In this document: one piece after another, positions 1-9,527 of the stretch
Numbering within the stretch: position 1 is the stretch's first letter
Layout of the letters: each line of letters starts with the position of its first letter
Assembly (NCBI GenBank): GCA_021801765.1
Contig: JAJYXO010000029.1
Location: forward strand, 1-45,435
Source of the DNA: Candidatus Micrarchaeota archaeon
Lineage (GTDB): Archaea; Micrarchaeota; Micrarchaeia; Micrarchaeales; CABMGC01
Direction: 5' to 3'
Length of the DNA stretch: 45,435 bases
Program-made: the position numbers and the translations under genes
The notes under the pieces: model-generated
Told to the model about the DNA's origin: nothing
Seen by the model: the letters and a program-made list of their open reading frames with translations, nothing else
Database searches by the model: none

Positions 1-713
1 GAGCCGCAGTCATCGAGCAGCTTCTCGGCGGCGACAAAACCAGATCAATTGCAGAGATTTCAACAAACGACAGTAGACCAATAACCATAATCCACAAAGG
101 CGTGGAGTATCAGATCAAATTTAGTAACCTTCTGTACCGCATATCATCCAATACCGAAGGAATAAATGGCAAGGCAGAGGCAAGGAGTCTTCTGGCAGTG
201 AGGAACGCAAAACTCAGGATACCATCAGAAGTCTACAAAGACGAAGGATTCCTGGATGCGGCGAGAGCCGCAGTCATCGAGCAGCTTCTCGGCGGCGACA
301 AAACCCGATCAATTGCAGAGATTTCAACAGGCGATAGAAGATCTATAACCATAATCCACAAAGGCGTGGAGTATCAGATCGGATTTAGTAGCCTTCTGCA
401 CAGCATATCCGCCAATACCGAAGGAATAAATGGCAATACAGAGGCAAGGAGTCTTCTGGCAGGGAGGAACGCAAAACTCAGGATACCATCAGAAGCCTAC
501 AAAGACGAAGGATTCCTGGATGCGGCAAGAACTGCAGTCATCGAGCAGCTTCTCGGCGGCGACAAAACCCGATCAATCGCAGAGATTTCAACAAACGACA
601 GTAGACCAATAACCATAATCCACAAAGGCGTGGAGTATCAGATCGGATTTAGTAGCCTTCTGCGCGGCATATCATCCAATATCGAAGGAATAAATGGCAT
701 GGCAGAGGCAAGG
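1..713 (+). repeat. In-frame tandem repeat, 264-nt (88-aa) period, about 2.7 copies visible
   Basis: The unit beginning GAGCCGCAGTCATCGAGCAGCTTCTCGGCGGCGACAAAAC recurs at 1, 265 and (with a few substitutions) 529. Confidence 0.95.
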
Positions 714-3278
714 AACTACCTTTTCCTCAGATCGACAGGCGAAACCCATGCAAATGCGATAAAGATCATCGCAGCTGGGGACGTAGAAAAGTACATGGAA
801 GACCACAGCATGAGGAAGGTGGAAGACACCGGTATCGTTAAGATAATCTCGCAGCTCGGACTTGACCACTCCAGACTCGCCAGATACATTAGGCTGGCGC
901 ATCCGGAAATTGCAGAAGGCGAAGCGACAAGGATTGTAAGGGCGACGTTCAGAGGCATATACGGATTCGGAGTTGACAGGGAAACTCAGTACCTGAGGTA
1001 TGGAGTTGCGCTTGATTCCCCTCTGATGTGGACAGAGCTGCCTGCTGAGACTGAAAAACCTACGCTGGAGATAGAAGGCAATGCAGAAGGCGCTTCGCAT
1101 ATCTACATCTCAGGCTCATGGAAGAGAAGAATAAGTGTGGAGAACGGCAGGTTCTCAACCACAGTGCCTCTCAGGCTCGGAGAGGAGAACGAGTTCAGGA
1201 TCTATGCAATAAACGATATGGAAAGGACAAGGAGCCTGCCGCTGGAATTCAGGATACTGCAGAGAGGAAACACTGAAGACTTATCGAACCTGATCAGCGC
1301 AATATCTCTGATGGGCAGCGAAGCGCTCAGGAATATGAGAAGCGATGAGGGAAGATATGCGCTCCTTGTAGGGCTCCTCGAAGATGCGTCGATAAGAAAG
1401 TTCTGCAAGTCATTCGAAGAAGGGGAAGCATATGTAAGCAATATGGCAAAAACAACAAGCGACAGGACAATCGCAGCTGCTCTGGAAGACGTGCTCAGGA
1501 ATTTCAGGGAGATAAAAGGAAGGGAGTACCCTGCACTTGCCGGAGGGGAAGAACTGATTTTCTACCAGAAGTATGCAATACAGAGGCTCAGGGAGAGAAT
1601 GGAGCGCGGAGAGAGTTCAATACTTGCACTGGAGGCAGGGCTGGGAAAGACCCTTATCGTTCTTGCAGCGCTTTCCGCGACAAACAGGCCTGGAGTGATC
1701 ATAGTGCCAAAGAGCGTTGCGGATTCGTGGGACGAACAGAGAGTGCGTTTCCTGCCTAATGACCGCATGAACATGCTGCACGGCATCAGTTCGGAGGATA
1801 GAAAGCAGGAGATACAGAGGGAGATACTCTTAAGATCTGCAAGAAATGGCAGCCATACTAACCTACTGGTGAATCAGGAGTTCCTAAGGGACATCAGCGA
1901 CAGCGAGAGGTTTGGTCTGCTGAACGAGGCGCTGCTGCCGAATGGGATACTCGTAATAGACGAGGGCCATTGGATGGCGATACAAGGCACGAACCAGAGC
2001 ATAGGCATCTCAAGGCTGACTCCCGGATCAAAGATCATCGTAAGTGCAACGCCTTACAGCAATCCTGAGAGATACAGGGCGCTGATAAGCCAGATAAGGA
2101 TTGATGACGAGAGGTTCCAGAGTGCGAAGGCGTTCAGGGAGGCATTCGACTGGGATGATCCGGAGAGCTACAGGAGACTCCACGCGATAGTCGAATCGCA
2201 GGTGATAAGGTTCAGGAAGGACGATGTATTGGAAAGATATGATACAGATGCGCCGCTGGAAGGGCAGGGCCATCGCGTACCCATCGAGACAACGATGCCT
2301 ATGCGCGAAGCAGAGCTTACCGCGGATCAGGCGCTCTCTTTGTACGAGATGTTCACAGACTGGAATGGATGGTTGGAGAGGAATGGCCATTACATGCGCG
2401 GAGACGGGGAGCTCTGGGAAGGAAACGCGCTGATAAAGAAGCATGCGATAATGCAGACGATAAACAACCCTGATTACATAGGTTCGCAGGCGCAAAGCCC
2501 GAAGCATGAAGAAGTCAGGAAAGTTGTTGAGGAATGCCTTGAAGAGGGAAGAAAAGTGCTGATATTCACAAAATACATACATGAAGCAAACACATACATG
2601 GAGATGCTGCGGGGATACGGACCTGCGATGCTCACCGGAGAGATCTCTGCGCATGGAGACCTCACCAATGCGGATGGAAGCCCGAGGCTCTTCAGATACA
2701 GCCAGACTAAAGGCTTCGAACTTGACGAGAGGGGATATCCTATAGACGACGCTGAAGGAAGGCCGATCTCCGCGCTTACCTACGAGAGGCTGACGTTCAT
2801 GCACTCTCCTGAGCGCAGGGTTATGATCTCGACTTACGGCACTGGGGGAGTGGGCATAACGCTTAACGCCGCAAAGGCGGTTGTGCTAGCCGATCCGCCT
2901 GAGACTTATACCGAGTTCTACCAGGCGCTGAACAGGGTAGAAAGGATGGACACTCCAGAGACAAGGACACATCACGACGTGCGCATATACAGGATCGCGA
3001 GCAGGTACCCTGAAGAGTTCATGGAACTTATGAAGGATACCTACATAAAGAGAATCGATGGAAGATACGAGGAAGCGGACAGGAGCGAGGCTCTCGACGA
3101 GGAGAATGGGAGGCTAAAGGAAGGCTATACAACTGCATACGACGAATTCTTCAGGCAGGGCACATACGACATGTTTGCATACAGAAGGATAGAGAATCAG
3201 AGGATAATATCAGGCATGCTGCTCGACGGCATCATCTCCGAGGAAGAAGCAGCAGGCCCCGGATTCCAAGGAGCATAG
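1..3278 (+). CDS. Large SNF2-family (SF2) helicase/ATPase with N-terminal 88-aa tandem repeats and a central Ig-like segment; 5'-truncated by the window edge
   Basis: Frame is open from position 3, so the GTG at 102 is internal. Motifs: I ILALEAGLGKT, II LVIDEGH, III SAT, V GTGGVGITLNAA, VI QALNRVERMD. Beta-rich LEIEG...GRFSTTVPLRLGEENEFRIYAIND segment resembles an Ig-like domain. Confidence 0.8.
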   Translation, partial: AAVIEQLLGGDKTRSIAEISTNDSRPITIIHKGVEYQIKFSNLLYRISSNTEGINGKAEARSLLAVRNAKLRIPSEVYKDEGFLDAARAAVIEQLLGGDKTRSIAEISTGDRRSITIIHKGVEYQIGFSSLLHSISANTEGINGNTEARSLLAGRNAKLRIPSEAYKDEGFLDAARTAVIEQLLGGDKTRSIAEISTNDSRPITIIHKGVEYQIGFSSLLRGISSNIEGINGMAEARNYLFLRSTGETHANAIKIIAAGDVEKYMEDHSMRKVEDTGIVKIISQLGLDHSRLARYIRLAHPEIAEGEATRIVRATFRGIYGFGVDRETQYLRYGVALDSPLMWTELPAETEKPTLEIEGNAEGASHIYISGSWKRRISVENGRFSTTVPLRLGEENEFRIYAINDMERTRSLPLEFRILQRGNTEDLSNLISAISLMGSEALRNMRSDEGRYALLVGLLEDASIRKFCKSFEEGEAYVSNMAKTTSDRTIAAALEDVLRNFREIKGREYPALAGGEELIFYQKYAIQRLRERMERGESSILALEAGLGKTLIVLAALSATNRPGVIIVPKSVADSWDEQRVRFLPNDRMNMLHGISSEDRKQEIQREILLRSARNGSHTNLLVNQEFLRDISDSERFGLLNEALLPNGILVIDEGHWMAIQGTNQSIGISRLTPGSKIIVSATPYSNPERYRALISQIRIDDERFQSAKAFREAFDWDDPESYRRLHAIVESQVIRFRKDDVLERYDTDAPLEGQGHRVPIETTMPMREAELTADQALSLYEMFTDWNGWLERNGHYMRGDGELWEGNALIKKHAIMQTINNPDYIGSQAQSPKHEEVRKVVEECLEEGRKVLIFTKYIHEANTYMEMLRGYGPAMLTGEISAHGDLTNADGSPRLFRYSQTKGFELDERGYPIDDAEGRPISALTYERLTFMHSPERRVMISTYGTGGVGITLNAAKAVVLADPPETYTEFYQALNRVERMDTPETRTHHDVRIYRIASRYPEEFMELMKDTYIKRIDGRYEEADRSEALDEENGRLKEGYTTAYDEFFRQGTYDMFAYRRIENQRIISGMLLDGIISEEEAAGPGFQGA

Positions 3279-3652
3279 CCTCGTTTCCGGCCTGAAGGCA
3301 GGCAGGGTTTCTTTTAAAGCTTTCTCCAATGTAAAGCATATTCTCAGTACTCTGTCTACTGCGAATAGAAGCGATTGCAGGCTAATAAAGTCCCGAAGCT
3401 TCCTGCCAGGAAGCATCTATAAGTATTCTCATTCATCTAACCTCTATAATGCTACAGCGCGGATACTGTCCATCACGCCCTGCTGCGGCTATCTGTCAAA
3501 GAATTGTGAATGCATTACCTAAAGGTAAAAGAGAATTTCAAATACCTTTAAATACCTTTCGAATTATATTATGATTCAATCGTGATTCTTTCGTGTAATG
3601 TGCACGTAAGATTCATGGAGTGTTCATGTAAGGATCGTGATGGGGATTGTCC

Positions 3653-4135
3653 ATGGAGGATGTTGAACAGATAGCAAAGGAGATCAAGGCTCTCAAAGAG
3701 GAGATAGGGGAGCTTGTGGGATCCAAGCGCCAGCTACCTGAAGATACGAACATGGCGATGCTCTTCAAGTATATGACCGATGAAAGAGAGAGGACCAACA
3801 AGATACTCAGCAGCATAACTGATAAGATAATCAGGCTTGAGAAGGAGATAGATAGCACATACAATGCCGGAGAGGCATACGATACGGGAAACAGGGAGAT
3901 AGCTCTATCTGCCTTAGATTCAAAGATTATAAATTTCGTCCAGACAAAAGGCATGGCATGCGCAGACGAAGTAAGGGAGCACATGGGTTACAGGGGCAGA
4001 AACGCAGCATGCGCAAGGCTTAACAGGCTCTACAAGGAGGGCTTGCTTGACAGGTTCCAACTGGGTCACAAGGTTTATTACAGGTTTGATGCTGGCAAGA
4101 CGACCAATACGCTCATTATATCACCTCCACAGTGA
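3653..4135 (+). CDS. Coiled-coil plus C-terminal winged-HTH protein, putative DNA-binding regulator
   Basis: Heptad-like N-terminus (IAKEIKALKEEIGEL); C-terminal LDSKIINFV...ADEVREHMGY...RLNRLYKEGLLDRFQLGHKVYY fits a wHTH. ATG at 3653 preferred over TTG at 3647. Confidence 0.65.
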   Translation: MEDVEQIAKEIKALKEEIGELVGSKRQLPEDTNMAMLFKYMTDERERTNKILSSITDKIIRLEKEIDSTYNAGEAYDTGNREIALSALDSKIINFVQTKGMACADEVREHMGYRGRNAACARLNRLYKEGLLDRFQLGHKVYYRFDAGKTTNTLIISPPQ

Positions 4136-4137
4136 AC

Positions 4138-4210
4138 AGGCCTGCCGCAAGGCAGGCCTCCCTTCTTGAGAGAGGCGCTTATCCTTGAAGCTGCGAACCA
4201 GATCGCAGCT
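4138..4210 (+). terminator. Paired GC-rich hairpins just downstream of the wHTH gene (terminator or structured 3' RNA)
   Basis: AGGCCTGCC-GCAA-GGCAGGCCT at 4138-4159 and AGCTGCGA-ACCAGA-TCGCAGCT at 4189-4210. Confidence 0.45.
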
Positions 4211-4270
4211 ATAATGAGTGCAAAAGAGATCTTCACACTAAACAATATAAAAGTTCATAACGTGTATTGA

Positions 4271-5296
4271 GTGGAAGGTTTGATGTCCGCAAGTTCAACG
4301 CATGCAGATGCAGCGTCATTAACGCATTCAAGCGACATAGACGGATTGGCAAGCGCAGCTTTCGTGAAGATGAGATTCGGCATAGATGCAAAGAGAATCT
4401 TCTTCTGCGATTATACGCCCGAGAGCCTGCTCTACGCTTCAGAGAGGATAAAGCCTCTCTGCAGGCCAGGTTTTACGCTCTTCATAACCGATATAGGCAT
4501 GAACACAGGCCTTAAGAAGGCATTTGTTAACCTTCTCTCCTATATCAACAAGAAAGGCGGAAAAGCGGTATGGTTTGACCACCATCCTTGGAGCGAAGGA
4601 GATATCTCGAAAGTTGCCAAGCTTTGCCAGATAGCTATAATAGGGGAGAACAGGAGATATTGCGCCACAGAGATAACAAGGAAGATGCTTGGGCTCAATG
4701 ACGGGTTCTCCATAAAACTTGCCGAGATAGTCCATTATTCAGACTTCAACCTAAAGCCAGACAGCAGGAACATGAAAAGGCTGATAGGCGCATATGCGCT
4801 CTCAATCTCTAGCTACAGCACTATGAATAGGAGAGATGCCTATGCCAAGCTCAGAAATATAGCAGTGCTACTTAGCTGCCATAAGCTTATCTCCAGCAGC
4901 ATCAAAGCAGATGCAGCTGCTTTCAGCAAGCTCAATAGGCTAAGGGTAAGCAAGATGCTTGGAGAGCTTTATGTATACGGAAATGTTGCCATAGGCTTCG
5001 GAGAGACTATACAGTCAACTAACGCCTGCGCAGAGATAATGAAGAAAAGCGGCAAGGACATTGGAATATACATCAATACAGAAAGCAATAAAGGCCATAT
5101 GCGCAGCGTTAAAGCTGATTGTTCAGGAATGGCAAAACGGCTCGGAGGCGGAGGCCACCCGCATGCCTGTGGCTTTCCGCTTAGAGCACCTGAAATAAGC
5201 CAGATAAAAACCAGAAGCGGCAGATCTAATTTCTCGCAGAAGCTGGCATATCTTGCGAGAGACCTCCCAAGCGCAGATCTACCCTCCTCAAAATAA
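4271..5296 (+). CDS. DHH/DHHA1-family phosphoesterase
   Basis: THSSDIDG, ITD, WFDHH and C-terminal GGGGHPHACG motifs; start uncertain. Confidence 0.85.
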   Translation: MEGLMSASSTHADAASLTHSSDIDGLASAAFVKMRFGIDAKRIFFCDYTPESLLYASERIKPLCRPGFTLFITDIGMNTGLKKAFVNLLSYINKKGGKAVWFDHHPWSEGDISKVAKLCQIAIIGENRRYCATEITRKMLGLNDGFSIKLAEIVHYSDFNLKPDSRNMKRLIGAYALSISSYSTMNRRDAYAKLRNIAVLLSCHKLISSSIKADAAAFSKLNRLRVSKMLGELYVYGNVAIGFGETIQSTNACAEIMKKSGKDIGIYINTESNKGHMRSVKADCSGMAKRLGGGGHPHACGFPLRAPEISQIKTRSGRSNFSQKLAYLARDLPSADLPSSK

Positions 5297-5328
5297 GGAT
5301 TCTGAGATTTGTATCTGAAGATATATTG

Positions 5329-6528
5329 TCAGACTATATTTCCGTATCCTGATAGCCTCCATCTCTGACTCAGGTTTCTTAGCACTGAGATCTTCGCGCT
5401 TTTGTCAATGCATATTGGCCTATTCAGCGAGACCTCTATGCTGTTCTTCCTCGCAGTTTTAACATATCCAACTACTGTTCCCGTCCCTACTCCAAGTATA
5501 AGCGGCTCATCATTTCTGAAAGCCTGTTTAGGCACATCAGGCCTGTTCAGCGAAACATAGCTTAGAGTTATCTCGTTGAACTGCTCAGGCAGTTTGCCTG
5601 CCTTGCCGACAACCTGGCCTACTAATCCATCTGCCTTAGTGAGAGATGGATCCATGTCTGTGCCGACGGCTATGAGGCCTCCGGCAATTGCCTCTTCGAG
5701 CTTATCCTCTCCTGCAGAGAGACTTTCTACCCTCGCTATTATCGGCTCATAGCTCTCCTTTTTCTGCTTCTCCTTGGATGACCCCATCCCCGGCCTTATC
5801 TCTATTTCATCTCCTACCTTGAACTTTCCTTTTACTACGGATCCGCCTATGACGCCTCCTACTAGTTTGTTTATTTTAGTGCCAGGTTTGTTCACATCGA
5901 ATGATCTTGCTATGTACATTATAGGGTCTGATTCGGTGTTCCTCTTAGGAACTCCGATATTAACTATCTCTTCCAGTATCTTATCTACGTTTATGTTCTT
6001 GTTGGCCATCACTGGTATTATAGGCGCATTCTCTATCCTGCTACCCTTTATGAAATCCTTTATCTGGCCGTAGCTTTTGACTGCTTGCTCTTTGCCAACT
6101 ATATCAACCTTAGTCTGCGCTATCACCACGTTCTTTATCCCCAGTGCATTGATTATCATCAGATGCTCCCTAGTCTGCGGCATGGGACATGGTTCAGTGG
6201 CAGATATCACGAAGAGCGCTCCATCTATGATGCTTGACCCCGCTATTGCAGTGGCCATGAGCGTTTCGTGTCCAGGCGCGTCGAGAAGGGAGATTCTCCT
6301 TACCTCCTTCGCTTCTGATCCATCGCTGCATTTCTTCTCAGTTGTGTAGCCTCCATCTTCACAGCTGCTTATCACTGCCTCAGCGTATCCTAGCTTGATG
6401 GTCATGCTCCTTTTGACGCTCTCACTGTGTACATCTGTCCACTGGTGGGTTATTGCGGATACAAGGGTTGTTTTGCCATGATCCACGTGGCCAAGTGTGC
6501 CTATGCTTAGTTCACTCTGCTTGAGCAT
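5329..6528 (-). CDS. eif2g: Translation initiation factor 2 subunit gamma (aIF2-gamma)
   Basis: GTLGHVDHGKT, RSMTIKLGYA, DAPGHETLMAT, QTREHL, WRLSGYG; start placed at MLKQSEL (ATG 6528). Confidence 0.97.
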   Translation of the reverse strand: MLKQSELSIGTLGHVDHGKTTLVSAITHQWTDVHSESVKRSMTIKLGYAEAVISSCEDGGYTTEKKCSDGSEAKEVRRISLLDAPGHETLMATAIAGSSIIDGALFVISATEPCPMPQTREHLMIINALGIKNVVIAQTKVDIVGKEQAVKSYGQIKDFIKGSRIENAPIIPVMANKNINVDKILEEIVNIGVPKRNTESDPIMYIARSFDVNKPGTKINKLVGGVIGGSVVKGKFKVGDEIEIRPGMGSSKEKQKKESYEPIIARVESLSAGEDKLEEAIAGGLIAVGTDMDPSLTKADGLVGQVVGKAGKLPEQFNEITLSYVSLNRPDVPKQAFRNDEPLILGVGTGTVVGYVKTARKNSIEVSLNRPICIDKSAKISVLRNLSQRWRLSGYGNIV

Positions 6529-6529
6529 A

Positions 6530-6860
6530 AAATACCATTGTGGTGAATTGTTTCTTATATGCTTTGCATCTGTACAAGTGCATCTGAACCATCTCATATT
6601 CGCTTTTCTTCTTCATATACCTTACCATGTTTTCATCACAAGCCTTACTTCTATACAAGATATAAGAAGCCTGCGAAGTTTGCTGAGTATTTATCGTTTA
6701 CTCATGTATTTATATCTAGCACTAAGTTCTCCTTCTTCTCAAGCTTTTCCAGGTACTTTGCATATTCCTACGCTTACAGTGCATAGTACCATGTGCTTGT
6801 ATTCAACGGGCGGCAAATCCACACTGCATATAATCGAACTGCTTGAAGTACGACAGATGG
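6530..6860 (-). pseudogene. Possible decayed zinc-finger/zinc-ribbon transposase fragment
   Basis: Broken minus-strand frames give YRSKACDENMVRYMKKKSEYEMVQMHLYRCKAYKKQFT (resembles the IS-type 'VRYG..K..QRY.CK.C.KQFT' ribbon) and EYAKYLEKLEKKENLVLDI, interrupted by stops and frameshifts. Confidence 0.35.
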
Positions 6861-6924
6861 TATATGGCTGGAATATACTCACAGATAAGCGCTGTGGGAT
6901 TGCTGCTTATGACCAATCATAGCC

Positions 6925-6965
6925 ACCCCGAAAGCCCACACGGCTTGCGGGTGGGAGGATGTCAC
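6925..6965 (+). mobile_element. Orphan IS200/IS605-family right end (TnpB omega/reRNA 3' motif)
   Basis: GAAAGCCCACACGGCTTGCGGGTGGGAGGATGTCAC: CCCAC/GTGGG hairpin followed by GGATGTCAC, matching the typical archaeal IS605-group right-end pattern. No tnpA or tnpB nearby. Confidence 0.65.
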
Positions 6966-6981
6966 ATTAATGTAGCTGCGG

Positions 6982-7371
6982 CTATTCCTTTGCCTCCTTT
7001 TTCTTGAAGATCTCGTCCGCGGATTTTGCGCCATATTCCTCTATTACAGTATTTATTTGCGACGTATCTGCGCTTATCGTGTTTCCCCTTATCAGCCTTC
7101 TTGACCTATAACCATGTTTTGCAACTCTCATTCCCACTCCGTATCCGAGAAGAGGCCTAGCCTTCCTTGTTCCCTCTATCTCCCTGCGCGAAGGCGATCC
7201 TGAGTTGTCGCTGAGGCCAGTTACTCGTAGCTTGAACCCGTCAAGCCCTGCAACAGAGCCTTCAATGATCTCGCCTATCTTCCTTCCGATAAGCTGCCCC
7301 TCCATTTCCTTCTGCACTATCGCTTGTGCCGTCTTTCCTGTCTTCTTGTCCGAATAAACAACTTGCATCAT
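6982..7371 (-). CDS. rps6e: 30S ribosomal protein S6e
   Basis: LIGRKIGE, GLDGFKLRVTGLSDNSGSP, RRLIRGNTIS..QIN; AGGTGA RBS overlaps the cdc48 stop. Confidence 0.95.
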   Translation of the reverse strand: MMQVVYSDKKTGKTAQAIVQKEMEGQLIGRKIGEIIEGSVAGLDGFKLRVTGLSDNSGSPSRREIEGTRKARPLLGYGVGMRVAKHGYRSRRLIRGNTISADTSQINTVIEEYGAKSADEIFKKKEAKE

Positions 7372-7373
7372 TT

Positions 7374-9527
7374 TCACCTATACATGCTCTCTGGTTCTTC
7401 TTTGAACCTCCTTATCCTATCTGCCAGCTCCTTTGGTATCGCTGGCTTGATTTCCCTAAGCGCCTTTTTGAAATCATCTGCGTTCACAGTATCTCTCTTC
7501 ACTCTTATCGCATTCATACCCGCTTCTCTGCATAGGTTCTCTATCTCCGCGCCGGTATAGCTCTCTGTCAGGTTTGCGAGCTCGTAAAGATCCACGCTCT
7601 TCTCCAATGGCATCCTCTTTGTATGCACCTTGAAAATCTCTATCCTCGCCTCTATGTCGGGCATCGGTATGTCTATTATCTTGTCGAATCTCCCGGGCCT
7701 GAGCAGAGCAGGATCAATATCTTCAGGTCTGTTAGTTGCAGCAAGCACTATCACGCTCTTCAGCTCCTGCAAGCCGTCCAACTCTGTGAGAAGCGTATCC
7801 ACTACCCTCTCAGTTACTCTAGAATCATCATAAGTTCCACGGGCCTTTGCTATAGCATCTATCTCATCTATGAATATTATGCACGGTGATGCTAGCCTGG
7901 CCTTTCTGAATATCTCCCTAACTGTCTTCTCGCTCTCGCCTACCCATTTGCTCAATACTTCAGGACCTTTTATCGATATGAAGTTCGCCTCCCTCTCTGT
8001 TGCAACTGCCTTTGCAAGCAGCGTCTTCCCTGTCCCAGGGGGGCCGACCAGCAAAACTCCCTTAACCGGCCTTATGCCTATCTTCTCAAATGCCTCGGGC
8101 TCTTTGAGCGGCATCTCCACAGCTTCCTTGAGCTCTGCCTTTACCTTCTCAACTCCCCCTACATCTGACCAGTGAACATTTGGCCTTTCAACAAAAACCT
8201 CTCTCAGGGCGCTGGGCTGTATATTCTTCAGTGCCTCCATAAAGTTCTCCCTGTTTACTGTTAGCTCGCTAAGCACATCTACAGGTATTGACTGTTTGTC
8301 TATTATCTTCGGGAGAAGTTTACGAAGCGTGGACATCGCTGCTTCTTTCACAAGCGCATTCAGATCAGCGCCAGTATAGCCGTGCGTTATGTTCGCAAGT
8401 TCTTCTATACTCACATCCTTGCTTATAGGCATATTGTTTACGTGTATCTGCAGTATCTGCTTCCTCGCATCCCTGTTTGGCACCCCTATCTCTATCTCTC
8501 TATCGAACCTTCCAGGCCGCCTCAATGCTGGATCTATGGCATCCTGCCTGTTTGTAGCTGCTAGTATTATGACCTGCCCTCTAGGCGGCATGCCATCCAT
8601 CAATGTTAGCAGCTGCGAGACCATCCTCCTCTCCACCTCATTAGTTGCCTCCTCCCTCTTAGGGGCTATGGCATCTATCTCATCCATGAAGATTATAGTA
8701 GGAGATTTCTCATTCGCATTCCTGAATATCTCCCTTAACTTCTCCTCGCTTTCCCCTACAAACTTGCTGACAAGCTCGGGTCCTGATATGGATATGAAGT
8801 TTGCATCGCTCTCATTGGCAACTGCCTTTGCAAGCAGCGTCTTTCCTGTCCCAGGGGGGCCGTATAGCAGCACTCCCTTCGGTGGCTCTATTCCAAGCCT
8901 TTGGAAGAGCTCTGGATACCTTATCGGCAGCTCTACCATCTCCCTTATCTTCTGTTTTGCATCATCCAATCCTCCTATGTCTTCGTAGTGTACGTCTCCT
9001 ATTCTTACAAGAGACTCAGATACGGGCTCATCCTTAACCACAAGGTTGGTGTCTATCCCTACCCTGACTATCCCGTGTGGCACCACCTGCACCACAAGGA
9101 AGTTGAATACCAGCCCAAACATAGGTATTGGTATTGAGTCTCCCTTCGTAAGCGGCCTGTTCTCCAGTCTCCTCTTTGCATACTCTGAGAAGTCTGGCGA
9201 GAGTGGAGGCCTCTGGCTCGGAGGCGGTGCAAGTACAACCTTTTCCGCATCCTTGACCTCTGCCTTAGATATGAATATCTTATCTCCTATTCCAACTCCC
9301 AGGTTCTGCCTCAGATAACCGTCTATGCGTATGAATCCAAGGCCTTCATCGCTAGGATGCGATTGCCAGACAACTGCCGCCGAGGATTTTATCTTACCCT
9401 TTATCTCTATAATATCTCCTGACACTACTCCTAACGATTTCCTAGATTTGGAATCTATCCTGGCTATGCTCCTGCCAGAGTCTGTCACTAGCGCATCCGC
9501 AACGGTAAGTTCCAAAGAGGTTGTCAT
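7374..9527 (-). CDS. cdc48: CDC48/VCP-family AAA+ ATPase
   Basis: N-domain plus two AAA modules ([15 protein letters not shown] twice, DEIDAIA twice, [11 protein letters not shown] / [11 protein letters not shown]). Confidence 0.98.
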   Translation of the reverse strand: MTTSLELTVADALVTDSGRSIARIDSKSRKSLGVVSGDIIEIKGKIKSSAAVVWQSHPSDEGLGFIRIDGYLRQNLGVGIGDKIFISKAEVKDAEKVVLAPPPSQRPPLSPDFSEYAKRRLENRPLTKGDSIPIPMFGLVFNFLVVQVVPHGIVRVGIDTNLVVKDEPVSESLVRIGDVHYEDIGGLDDAKQKIREMVELPIRYPELFQRLGIEPPKGVLLYGPPGTGKTLLAKAVANESDANFISISGPELVSKFVGESEEKLREIFRNANEKSPTIIFMDEIDAIAPKREEATNEVERRMVSQLLTLMDGMPPRGQVIILAATNRQDAIDPALRRPGRFDREIEIGVPNRDARKQILQIHVNNMPISKDVSIEELANITHGYTGADLNALVKEAAMSTLRKLLPKIIDKQSIPVDVLSELTVNRENFMEALKNIQPSALREVFVERPNVHWSDVGGVEKVKAELKEAVEMPLKEPEAFEKIGIRPVKGVLLVGPPGTGKTLLAKAVATEREANFISIKGPEVLSKWVGESEKTVREIFRKARLASPCIIFIDEIDAIAKARGTYDDSRVTERVVDTLLTELDGLQELKSVIVLAATNRPEDIDPALLRPGRFDKIIDIPMPDIEARIEIFKVHTKRMPLEKSVDLYELANLTESYTGAEIENLCREAGMNAIRVKRDTVNADDFKKALREIKPAIPKELADRIRRFKEEPESMYR

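Noticed and set aside
102..104. GTG 102 as the start of the SNF2 gene
   Set aside because: The frame is open to the window edge and the same GTG recurs in each repeat as an internal Val.
1..713. Repeats as a CRISPR array
   Set aside because: The period is 264 nt, in frame and protein-coding, with no short repeat/unique spacer structure. No CRISPR array or cas gene was seen anywhere in the window.
3279..3646. Intergenic region as SRP RNA or RNase P RNA
   Set aside because: Only a short hairpin (GCTTCCT-GCC-AGGAAGC) and an AATACCTTT direct repeat; lacks the GC-rich extended helices and conserved motifs of those RNAs.
6529..6597. N-terminal extension of aIF2-gamma given in the ORF track
   Set aside because: Homology starts at MLKQSEL; the extension lies in the mobile-element debris.
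6497..6922. 141-aa plus-strand ORF
   Set aside because: No recognisable motifs, overlaps the eif2g start in antisense, and reads like the shadow of minus-strand remnants.
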